A stretch of DNA of 23,290 nucleotides from an uncultured Erysipelotrichaceae bacterium (GTDB taxonomy: Bacteria; Bacillota_I; Bacilli_A; Erysipelotrichales; Erysipelotrichaceae), in the NCBI GenBank assembly GCA_964436975.1, contig CAYTET010000002.1, positions 13,079-36,368 on the forward strand, given 5' to 3'. The notes under the pieces are model-generated. The model ran no database searches. It saw only the letters and a program-made list of their open reading frames with translations, and was not told the origin of the DNA. The translations under genes and the position numbers were made by a program. The first letter of the stretch is position 1. Each line of letters begins with the position of its first letter. Below, one piece after another: positions 1 through 6,503 of this stretch.

Positions 1-183
1 GAGATGAAAAAAGATCATCCCTGTCATCTTTCCAAGCAGTGGCGGATTATCCGGATGGGGGCCGATATTCGCATTAAATGCCTGGGCTGCGGCCACAGCG
101 TTCTGCTGCCGCGCAGCGAGTTTGAAAAGAAAGCCAAGAAGATTGTTGAATCAAGCAGTGATGAGCAAGGAAAGAAGGAATAG
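1..183 (+). CDS. DUF951-family small protein, C-terminal part (5' end outside window)
   Basis: Frame 1 is open from base 1 to TAG 181-183 and reads EMKKDHPCHLSKQWRIIRMGADIRIKCLGCGHSVLLPRSEFEKKAKKIV... The IIRMGADIRIKC.GCGH core matches my recollection of DUF951 (YyzM-like) proteins, which usually sit just upstream of ychF in Bacillota. It is absent from the ORF track because it is open at the window edge. The ATG at 4-6 is probably internal. Confidence 0.65.
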   Translation, partial: EMKKDHPCHLSKQWRIIRMGADIRIKCLGCGHSVLLPRSEFEKKAKKIVESSSDEQGKKE

Positions 184-185
184 AG

Positions 186-1286
186 ATGTCTTTAACCGCT
201 GGTATTATCGGCTTGCCCAATGTCGGCAAGTCAACCCTGTTTAACGCTATTACCCATTCCCAGGTTGAGGCGGCCAATTATCCGTTTGCCACCATCCAGC
301 CTAATGTTAAAACGGTCGAGGTTCCCGATCCGCGGGTTGACCGGCTCAGTGCCATGTTCAATCCGAAAAGAACAATCCGGACTGTTTTTGAGTTTACCGA
401 CATTGCCGGGCTGGTCAAGGGAGCTTCCAAGGGCGAAGGCCTGGGCAACCAGTTCTTAGGCAAGATCAGGGAAGTTGATGCGATGTGCCATGTTGTGCGC
501 TGCTTTGATGATGCCAACATCACCCATGTGGAAGGGTCGGTCGACCCGCTGCGGGATATCGGCATCGTCAATGTTGAACTGGCGCTGGCCGATCTGGAGA
601 CTGTGGCCAACCGCATTGCCAAAGTGCAGCGCAAGGCCCAGTCCAAGGAAAAGGATGCCGAAAAAGAATACAGCCTGCTGACCCGCATCAAGGCGGGGCT
701 GGAAGCCGGCCAGGCGGTCCGGGCGATGACATTCGACCAGAGCGAAGCCGAGCTGCTGAAGTCATACCAGCTGCTGACGGCTAAGCCGGTCATCTACATT
801 GCCAACATGAAAGAAGAGGAAGTAGCTGCCCCGGACAAATCGCCGTATTACCAGGCGGTTTGCCAGCTGGCCGAAAGTGAAGGCAGCAGCGTCATTGCCA
901 TTGCCGCCCAGATGGAAGAGGAGCTGGCCCAGCTTGATGAGGCTGACCGGCAGGAGTATCTGCAGCAGGCCGGACTGAAATGCTCCGGACTGGATGCCAT
1001 TATTACGGCGGCTTACCACATTCTTGATCTGTGCACCTTCTTTACCGTCGGGGCCGATGAAGTGCGGGCCTGGACTTTTACCCAGGGCATGAAAGCGCCG
1101 GACTGCGCCGGCGTCATTCATACAGATTTCAAAAAAGGGTTTATCCGGGCTGAGGTTTATGCTTATGATGATATAATTGCTTATGGCAGTGAAGCGGCCA
1201 TCAAAGAGGCCGGCCGGCTGCGGGTGGAAGGCAAAGATTATGTCGTCAAAGACGGCGACATCATGTTTATCCGCTTTAACGTATAA
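186..1286 (+). CDS. ychF: Redox-regulated ribosome-binding ATPase YchF (OLA1 family)
   Basis: 366 aa. It has the P-loop GIIGLPNVGKSTLFNAIT, the DIAGLVKGASKGEGLGNQFL region, and a C-terminal TGS-like end (VRAWTF..GMKAPDCAGVIHTDFKKGFIRAEV). ATG 186 lies 2 nt after the DUF951 stop, with AGGAA upstream. Confidence 0.95.
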   Translation: MSLTAGIIGLPNVGKSTLFNAITHSQVEAANYPFATIQPNVKTVEVPDPRVDRLSAMFNPKRTIRTVFEFTDIAGLVKGASKGEGLGNQFLGKIREVDAMCHVVRCFDDANITHVEGSVDPLRDIGIVNVELALADLETVANRIAKVQRKAQSKEKDAEKEYSLLTRIKAGLEAGQAVRAMTFDQSEAELLKSYQLLTAKPVIYIANMKEEEVAAPDKSPYYQAVCQLAESEGSSVIAIAAQMEEELAQLDEADRQEYLQQAGLKCSGLDAIITAAYHILDLCTFFTVGADEVRAWTFTQGMKAPDCAGVIHTDFKKGFIRAEVYAYDDIIAYGSEAAIKEAGRLRVEGKDYVVKDGDIMFIRFNV

Positions 1287-1334
1287 AGTACATAAATGAA
1301 GCCTAAACTGTAAATGGGAAAGGAGCCTACCCTT

Positions 1335-1658
1335 ATGAAATTAATTATTGCCATTGTCTCAAATGATGACAGTTCAGCTGTCAGTTCTACGCTGACCGAA
1401 CATGGCTATCTTATTACCAAGCTGGCTACTACCGGTGGTTTTCTGAGAGCCGGCAATACCACGTTTCTGGTCGGAACCGAAGACGAGAAGGTCAATGAAG
1501 TTGTTGAGCTGATCAAAGGCGAAAGCAAGCGCCGCACTGAAATCGTGCCGGCTACGGCTACTTTTGATATCAGCCATTATGCCGCTTATCCGGTCGAAGT
1601 GCAGGTCGGCGGAGCGACGATCTTTATTCTGGAAGTATCCCAGTTTCTCAAGGTCTGA
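1335..1658 (+). CDS. darA: PII-like cyclic-di-AMP receptor, DarA/PstA (YaaQ, DUF970) family
   Basis: The track start 1314 was trimmed to ATG 1335 (AAGGAG 1320-1325, 9-nt spacer). The 107-aa product [13 protein letters not shown]...[23 protein letters not shown]...[15 protein letters not shown] parallels B. subtilis YaaQ/DarA as I remember it (..[38 protein letters not shown]). There is no terminator between ychF and this gene. Confidence 0.78.
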   Translation: [107 protein letters not shown]

Positions 1659-2143
1659 TGGTGCTTATGTCAGAGGTCGATTTCAACAATCCCAATCTGA
1701 CTTATATTCCCGCTACGGCCAATGTAGCGGCTGATCTGCATGTGGCCGGCGACCTGCTGGTCGAAGGTCATATCAGCGGCCGGGTGGAAGCAGCGGGCTT
1801 TTGTATTGTGTCCGGAGTTGTCAACGGGCCGATCAAGGCACTGGGGGTCAAGGTGATGCCCCGGGCCGAGGCCAGAGGTGATATTGAAGCCCAGCAGCAG
1901 TTCATCTCTTTTGCGGACAGCACGGTTGTCGGCAATATCAGCGGCCACAATGTTGAAATCAATAACCGGCTGCAGGGCAGCATTGCCGCCGACGGTCAGG
2001 TTGTGCTGGGCCGGCTGGCGACAGTCGAAGGTGACATCAGCTCTGCCGATATCGTTATTAATAAACCGGCGGTCATCAAAGGCAATGTCAGCCGCCGCTA
2101 TTATCTGCCCAGGGTTATGACTTACAATAATTCCGGCGATTAG
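1658..2143 (+). CDS. Bactofilin-family (polymer-forming cytoskeletal, DUF583-like) protein
   Basis: 161 aa with the repetitive beta-helix-type pattern typical of bactofilins: V/I-x-G-x-V/I repeats (HVAGDLLVEGHISGRVEAAG, VVGNISGHNVEINNRLQGSIAADGQVVLG, VEGDISSADIVINKPAVIKGNV). ATG 1658-1660 overlaps the darA TGA 1656-1658 (TGATG). An alternative ATG lies at 1667. Confidence 0.6.
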   Translation: MVLMSEVDFNNPNLTYIPATANVAADLHVAGDLLVEGHISGRVEAAGFCIVSGVVNGPIKALGVKVMPRAEARGDIEAQQQFISFADSTVVGNISGHNVEINNRLQGSIAADGQVVLGRLATVEGDISSADIVINKPAVIKGNVSRRYYLPRVMTYNNSGD

Positions 2144-2173
2144 CGGTCAGTATAGATTTTAAGTAAAAGAAAT

Positions 2174-2230
2174 AAAAAAACGGCTTTCAGGCCGTCCTTC
2201 CGTACAGAGGGACAGCCGGAGCCGTTTTTA
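2174..2230. terminator. Bidirectional rho-independent terminator between convergent bactofilin and PfkB-like genes
   Basis: AAAAACGGCT (2176-2185) is the exact reverse complement of AGCCGTTTTT (2220-2229). Inner stems are ACGGC/GCCGT (2180-2195) and GTCCTTC/GAGGGAC (2194-2213). There is an A-run on the left and a T-run on the right. Confidence 0.65.
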
Positions 2231-3067
2231 TTGAAGCTGGGGACAGATCAGTTCAGGGACCCGCCGTTTGACGGCGACCAGCTGCAGGGCCATGTCCAGC
2301 GCTTTGCGGTAGCGCAGCCCGGCCAGACAGCCGGAAACCAGAGCGGCGGTCAGCAGCTGGCTGCAGCCCAGATAATATATCCGGTCTTCATCTCCGCCGA
2401 TAGGAATATACTGGCGGCCGGCAATGCCGTAAAGCCAGACACCGGCGGCCCGATTGTCAATGATCAAATGCGGCAGGCCCTTGCTCAGCAGGCGGTCAGC
2501 CAAAGCGTTAAAGTCACTCTCGGCCACCGTCTGGGTAATGTCATCATAAGGCAGGACAACGGTATCAAAATAAGCCAGCAGCTTTTCGTCCGGCACGGTC
2601 TGGTAAGAGATCCAGTGGCGCCGGGGCTGGCTGCGGACAAGCTGTTCCACTAAAGGGGTATCGACCAGGTTGATGATGCCCCACAGGCATTTCTCCAGAG
2701 CCAGGGAAGGGATTTCGTCAGAAGAATGCGGATAGGCATCGTAGGTCATGTTGGTCAGCTGCTGCAGATGGCGGCCGTCAGTGATGATGAATTCGGTCGG
2801 CGTCTGGGTCAGAGTATCATGCGAAAAAGCCATGACCCCGGCTTTATCCAGATCCAGCAGCATTTTCTGGCCGTCATCGTCATTGCCAAAATTGGAGATC
2901 AGACAGGTATTGACGCCCAGATAAGCCAGATTGAGGGCAATGGCATGCATGCCGCCGGTATAACTGTGACAGTGGTCAGCGTTAAAGCAGCCGTCAAGCT
3001 GCAGCGGGGTGTGCAGATAGACGGCCTGCGTTGAATAACTGGGGCCGATAACCGCTACCTGAGCCAT
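2228..3067 (-). CDS. Ribokinase/PfkB-superfamily-like protein, divergent (function unknown)
   Basis: 279 aa. The N-terminal layout VAVIG..(about 30 aa)..YTGGMHAIALNLAYLGV..ISNFGNDDDGQKMLLDLDKAGV follows the PfkB pattern (GG dipeptide, G.D..G, L...GV). The C-terminal motif position reads IYYLGCSQLL instead of DT.GAGD. It has an ATG start and is convergent with the upstream operon. Confidence 0.5.
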   Translation of the reverse strand: MAQVAVIGPSYSTQAVYLHTPLQLDGCFNADHCHSYTGGMHAIALNLAYLGVNTCLISNFGNDDDGQKMLLDLDKAGVMAFSHDTLTQTPTEFIITDGRHLQQLTNMTYDAYPHSSDEIPSLALEKCLWGIINLVDTPLVEQLVRSQPRRHWISYQTVPDEKLLAYFDTVVLPYDDITQTVAESDFNALADRLLSKGLPHLIIDNRAAGVWLYGIAGRQYIPIGGDEDRIYYLGCSQLLTAALVSGCLAGLRYRKALDMALQLVAVKRRVPELICPQLQ

Positions 3068-3098
3068 AATATTTACCCTCTTCCTTCTTCGCCATATT

Positions 3099-3128
3099 TT
3101 AACATACGGCCGTTAAATATGGTAGACT
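3099..3128 (+). promoter_or_regulatory. Candidate sigma-A promoter for ispF
   Basis: TTAACA (3099-3104), 18-nt spacer, TAGACT (3123-3128), preceded by TG at 3120-3121 (extended -10 form TGgTAGACT). It lies 17 nt upstream of ATG 3145. Confidence 0.45.
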
Positions 3129-3144
3129 GAAGACGGTGATAGAA

Positions 3145-3618
3145 ATGCGGATAGGACAGTCTACAGATATCCATCAGATGGTCGCCGGCCGCCGGCTGGT
3201 GCTGGGCGGCGTGACGATTCCTTATGAAATGGGTCTGCTGGGACATTCGGATGCCGATGTGCTGACCCATGCCATTGCCGAAGCCATCATCGGGGCTTTG
3301 GGCAAGGGGGATCTGGGCACCTTTTTCCCGGACAGCGATCCGCAGTACAAGGACATCAGTTCGCTGCTGCTGCTGGACCAGATTGTCAAAATGATGGAGG
3401 ATGCCGGCTACGGCATTGTCAATGTCGACAGCCTGGTGCTGATGCAGAAACCCCGTCTGCACCCTTATGTCACCCGGATCAGGGCAACCTTAGCCAGCCA
3501 TCTGCACTGCGGAAGCGACCTTGTCAATGTCAAGGCGACGACCGGAGAGGGACTCGGCTATATCGGGGCCGGCCAGGGTGTTGCAGCCCAGGCCGTGGTA
3601 TTGCTTGAGGTGAGGTAA
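3145..3618 (+). CDS. ispF: 2-C-methyl-D-erythritol 2,4-cyclodiphosphate synthase
   Basis: The track start 3136 was trimmed to ATG 3145 (MRIGQSTDIHQ...). The hallmark IspF motifs are present: G.G.DIH, LLGHSDADVLTHAI.DAIIGA, GDLG..FPD.D..YK..SS, KATTGEGLG.IG.G.G. Confidence 0.93.
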   Translation: MRIGQSTDIHQMVAGRRLVLGGVTIPYEMGLLGHSDADVLTHAIAEAIIGALGKGDLGTFFPDSDPQYKDISSLLLLDQIVKMMEDAGYGIVNVDSLVLMQKPRLHPYVTRIRATLASHLHCGSDLVNVKATTGEGLGYIGAGQGVAAQAVVLLEVR

Positions 3619-3621
3619 GAA

Positions 3622-3828
3622 ATGAACTACATTATTAAAGTCGAAGGCCTGAAGGACAGCCGTCAGAAAAACCAGCTGATCAGCCTGCTGCAGGCCGATG
3701 AATCAACAGCTGTCAAGATTCAGCTGGCGGAAGGAATCATCGATATCAGCACGGACCGGCCGATTGGCGAAATCTGCCAGCAGCTGAGTGAAAACGGTCT
3801 TGATATTGTTGATGTCGAACTGCAGTAA
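3622..3828 (+). CDS. Hypothetical 68-aa protein, HMA/ferredoxin-like fold candidate lacking the CxxC metal site
   Basis: ATG lies 3 nt after the ispF stop, with GAGGTGAGG inside the ispF 3' end acting as the SD. The sequence MNYIIKVEGLKDSRQKNQLISLL...VKIQLAEGIIDIS...IGEICQQLSENGLDIV has the spacing of a heavy-metal-associated domain, but GM.C..C is replaced by GLKDSRQ. Confidence 0.5.
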   Translation: MNYIIKVEGLKDSRQKNQLISLLQADESTAVKIQLAEGIIDISTDRPIGEICQQLSENGLDIVDVELQ

Positions 3829-3910
3829 GTCACACCGCTGCTTTGGCAGCGCTGGCTTAATAGATGCTTTGCATGAAACTGCATTAAATTGCAGGGAAAG
3901 GAAGTAAACT

Positions 3911-4303
3911 ATGCCATTTTCAGATAACGTCAATGAGGCGGCCAAAACGGTCGGAACGGCCGTCAGCGAATTTGCCAAGGATGTCAGTGTCAAGACCGGC
4001 GAGGCTATAACCTACGGCAAGCAGACCATAAAGATTAAGACGGCCGAAAAAGCCATCGCCAAAGCCGAGGCGGCTATCGGCGCCTATTATCACAGCCAGC
4101 ATGCCGCCGGCCAGCCGACCGAGGAAGGCATCAAAGAGTTCATTGAGAATATTGATGCCCAGCAGGCCGTGATTGACCAGGCTAAAGAGGTCATTGCCCA
4201 GCTGAAGGAAACGGAGCCGGCGGCAGCTGAAGAAGCCCAGCCGGAAACGGCTGAAAAACCGGATGATAATCCGGAAGACTGCCCGGACCATCCGGAAGAG
4301 TAA
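3911..4303 (+). CDS. Hypothetical 130-aa protein, predicted helical/coiled-coil with acidic Pro/Glu-rich tail
   Basis: AAGGAAG SD lies 7 nt upstream of ATG 3911. The product is Ala/Lys/Glu-rich (KTAEKAIAKAEAAIGAYY...QQAVIDQAKEVIAQLKE) and ends in PEDCPDHPEE. A strong terminator follows. I recognise no family. Confidence 0.5.
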   Translation: MPFSDNVNEAAKTVGTAVSEFAKDVSVKTGEAITYGKQTIKIKTAEKAIAKAEAAIGAYYHSQHAAGQPTEEGIKEFIENIDAQQAVIDQAKEVIAQLKETEPAAAEEAQPETAEKPDDNPEDCPDHPEE

Positions 4304-4313
4304 TCTGATATTG

Positions 4314-4340
4314 AAAAACCGGCATCAACTGCCGGTTTTT
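4314..4340. terminator. Bidirectional rho-independent terminator
   Basis: AAAAACCGGCA (4314-4324), loop TCAAC, TGCCGGTTTTT (4330-4340). This is a perfect 11-bp stem whose A-run and T-run arms serve both convergent transcripts. Confidence 0.8.
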
Positions 4341-4363
4341 ATGTGGATGGGATAATATACAGC

Positions 4364-5827
4364 TTATTCAGCAATGATGATGCGGCGGCCGGCTTTGACA
4401 TCAAGATGCTGGTGGTTGACCAGATACTCGCTCAGGATATCGATAACCCCGGTTGACAGGGTCCGGCTGGGACCGTTGGTTTTCAACTGGCTGACATCAA
4501 GGTCGAAGAACCGGTCAATGTTGGTGTAGTGGTATTCCTGAAAGCCAACCGTAAACAGATCTTTGTCCTGGACCGGCCGGCCCTTGAAAGTCAGAGCGGT
4601 TATCTTTTTTTGGGCCCGGTCATAAGTCAGACTGACCGCTGCGGGCAGCTGGTAGAACTCGGTAGTGCCGGCAAAGGCTTCCTCCCGCAGCAGAAATGTC
4701 AGGGCATGGCGCAGCTGGGCGCCGGTGACCGTCAGCATTTCCACTTTGTCATCATAGGGGAAGGCTTCGCACAGGCTGCCGAAAGTCACAACTTCGCCCA
4801 GACTTTCGGTCCGGATGCTGCCGGAGCCCAGAAACATGATATCAACACCCAGACATTCGGTCAGGATATCACAGAACAGATCGCCCAGTTCGGTTTCCTG
4901 GTTGCGCCGCGGATGGGTCAGCACTCTTTTGAAGCGGGTCAGGATCCGGTTGTATTTTTTGTCGGTGACATCGGTATAGGATGTCAGCAGCTTTTCCAGC
5001 TGGATGTCCCGCGGGCAGTTTGTCTCATTGATGGGCAGACAGTGCCACTGATAGGAGTCAATCTTGTTGTTGTCAGTATCAACCACAATATCAAAGCGGC
5101 CGATCTGGTCAGTTCCGGTGCCGGCCTGGACGATGGGAATGCCGTTGATAACCTCCGGCTGGTCCAGCAGGGTATGCGAGTGGCCGCCGATGATAATATC
5201 AACGCCCCAGACCGGGTCGAGCATGGCGGCCAGTTTTTTGTCTTCTTCAATGCCGATATGGGTCAGCAGAACTGTAAAATCGATATCAATGCTGTTGTAG
5301 GTGTCACAGATGGCCCCGATTTCGGCGGCTGCTTCCCTTAAGTCAATGAAGGAGCCGACCAGATTATCGCTGCGGGTGGCATCGAGAATACTGTCAGTTA
5401 TAATGCCGATAAAAAGCACTTTCATCCCGCCGACTTCCAGAACAATGTGGGAGCGGAACAGGTGGGCATGATTGGTGCGGATGTACAGATTGGCATTAAT
5501 GATAGGGAAGGTGGCGCATTTTTCAATGAACAGCAGGTGGGTGATGCCGTAGTCAATTTCGTGGTTGCCCAGCGAGACGACATCCGGGGAAAGATAGTTC
5601 ATTATTTCGATAGTCGAGATGCCTTTGAACTCGGAGTCGATAACCGAGCCGCGGAACATGTCGCCGGCGATCGCATAGATGACGTTTTCCTCCTGCCGGC
5701 GGACCTTGCTGAGATAGCCGGACAGCCGGGAGACGCCGCCGACCAGCTTCTGGTCAACGTTCTCGGCTAAAAAATCACCATGCATGTCATTGGAATGCAG
5801 AATCGTCAGTTTCTTGGTGTGGGGCAT
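4364..5827 (-). CDS. Bifunctional metallophosphatase/5'-nucleotidase family protein (no signal peptide)
   Basis: The track start 5863 was trimmed to the ATG at 5825-5827 (AAGGAG 7 nt upstream on the minus strand). Calcineurin-like phosphoesterase motifs are present (ILHSNDMHGDF, AGDMFRG, GNHEIDYG, LTHIG, GGHSH), followed by a C-terminal 5'-nucleotidase-type domain. The N-terminus MPHTKKLTILH has no hydrophobic leader. Confidence 0.85.
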   Translation of the reverse strand: MPHTKKLTILHSNDMHGDFLAENVDQKLVGGVSRLSGYLSKVRRQEENVIYAIAGDMFRGSVIDSEFKGISTIEIMNYLSPDVVSLGNHEIDYGITHLLFIEKCATFPIINANLYIRTNHAHLFRSHIVLEVGGMKVLFIGIITDSILDATRSDNLVGSFIDLREAAAEIGAICDTYNSIDIDFTVLLTHIGIEEDKKLAAMLDPVWGVDIIIGGHSHTLLDQPEVINGIPIVQAGTGTDQIGRFDIVVDTDNNKIDSYQWHCLPINETNCPRDIQLEKLLTSYTDVTDKKYNRILTRFKRVLTHPRRNQETELGDLFCDILTECLGVDIMFLGSGSIRTESLGEVVTFGSLCEAFPYDDKVEMLTVTGAQLRHALTFLLREEAFAGTTEFYQLPAAVSLTYDRAQKKITALTFKGRPVQDKDLFTVGFQEYHYTNIDRFFDLDVSQLKTNGPSRTLSTGVIDILSEYLVNHQHLDVKAGRRIIIAE

Positions 5828-5896
5828 TGTCAGTCTCCTTGTGATATTTCCTATAAATATCATAAAGGGTCGGCTGTTTTATTTCACTATCCACAC

Positions 5897-5919
5897 CGGG
5901 TAGTATTGCGGGTAGTATT
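5897..5919. repeat. Tandem direct repeat CGGGTAGTATT x2 (12-nt period)
   Basis: CGGGTAGTATT at 5897-5907 and again at 5909-5919, separated by a single G. It lies immediately downstream of the GNAT stop (5920-5922, minus strand) and upstream of the 5'-nucleotidase gene. Confidence 0.9.
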
Positions 5920-6381
5920 TCAGTCCATCTTCATCTGGTACATCCGGATGAGATGGCCGCTGTTCTCCTTGACCATGCCATAATAGGTCCAGCCGTATTT
6001 TTCGTAGAAGTGGGTGTGGGAGGTAATCAGATAGACATTATGATAGCCCCGGTCTTTCAGATAGTCACAGCACCGGCTCAGCAGCTGGCCGGCCAGACCG
6101 TGATTGCGGTAGGCTTTTTCAACGTATAAGGCGCACAGGTTGGGTGTCAGTTCGGGCTGGGTGTGGAAGTCATTGGCAATGATGCCGATCCCGGCGATGA
6201 TCTGGCTGTCCTGGCAGATGATAAACCAGTGGGGAACGTACTGGCCGTTCTGCCGGCTTTCGGCAAAGCTGGCCCGGTAAAGGGCCGCCGGATTATGCCA
6301 GTGGCTCTCAAACCAGACGGCAGCCGGCTGGTCAAATTCGGGATGATAGAAAAGGTCGATGAAAGAAAGGTTGCTATCCAT
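5920..6381 (-). CDS. GNAT-family N-acetyltransferase
   Basis: 153 aa. The acetyl-CoA-binding core is LYVEKAYRNHGLAGQLLSRCCDYLKDRGYHNVYLIT...FYEKYGW. AAGGAG SD lies 8 nt upstream of the ATG (minus strand). Confidence 0.8.
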   Translation of the reverse strand: MDSNLSFIDLFYHPEFDQPAAVWFESHWHNPAALYRASFAESRQNGQYVPHWFIICQDSQIIAGIGIIANDFHTQPELTPNLCALYVEKAYRNHGLAGQLLSRCCDYLKDRGYHNVYLITSHTHFYEKYGWTYYGMVKENSGHLIRMYQMKMD

Positions 6382-6447
6382 AATAAAACTCCTTTGGCAC
6401 TGCCGTTATTATGCGCTAAATAAGACCGGGATGAAAGGGCTGGCTGA

Positions 6448-6477
6448 TTGTTATAGGGCGGGGTTAAGTGGTATAAT
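6448..6477 (+). promoter_or_regulatory. Candidate sigma-A promoter for the metG-gltX-S66 operon
   Basis: TTGTTA (6448-6453), 18-nt spacer, TATAAT (6472-6477) with TG at 6469-6470 (extended -10). GGAGG lies at 6492-6496 and the ATG at 6504, so the leader is only about 20 nt. Confidence 0.55.
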
Positions 6478-6503
6478 CGAAACGAATTTACGGAGGTATT
6501 TTT

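Noticed and set aside
278-1121. Minus-strand ORFs 278..793 (171 aa) and 762..1121 (119 aa), antisense to ychF
   Set aside because: They lie entirely opposite a textbook YchF gene. Their Ser/Ala/Arg/Leu-rich low-complexity products are typical shadow ORFs of GC3-rich coding DNA, and they have no SD or family motifs.
4529-5341. Plus-strand 270-aa ORF antisense to the 5'-nucleotidase gene (and the smaller ORFs 5064..5300 and 5447..5770)
   Set aside because: These are shadow ORFs opposite a gene with a full set of metallophosphatase motifs. Their Gly/Ala/Gln/Asp-rich products have no recognisable domain.
4364-5827. Absence of a signal peptide on the 5'-nucleotidase as an anomaly
   Set aside because: Cytoplasmic members of the metallophosphatase/5'-nucleotidase family are known in Bacillota, so this alone is not unusual.
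5920-6381. GNAT acetyltransferase as a TacT/AtaT-type toxin of a toxin-antitoxin pair
   Set aside because: No small upstream antitoxin ORF exists, since the upstream region is the divergent metG promoter. The sequence looks like a generic housekeeping GNAT.
6382-6503. Possible T-box or other riboswitch leader upstream of metG
   Set aside because: The intergenic region is only 122 nt and the candidate promoter leaves a leader of about 20 nt. That is far too short for a T-box, and no specifier or antiterminator structure is visible.
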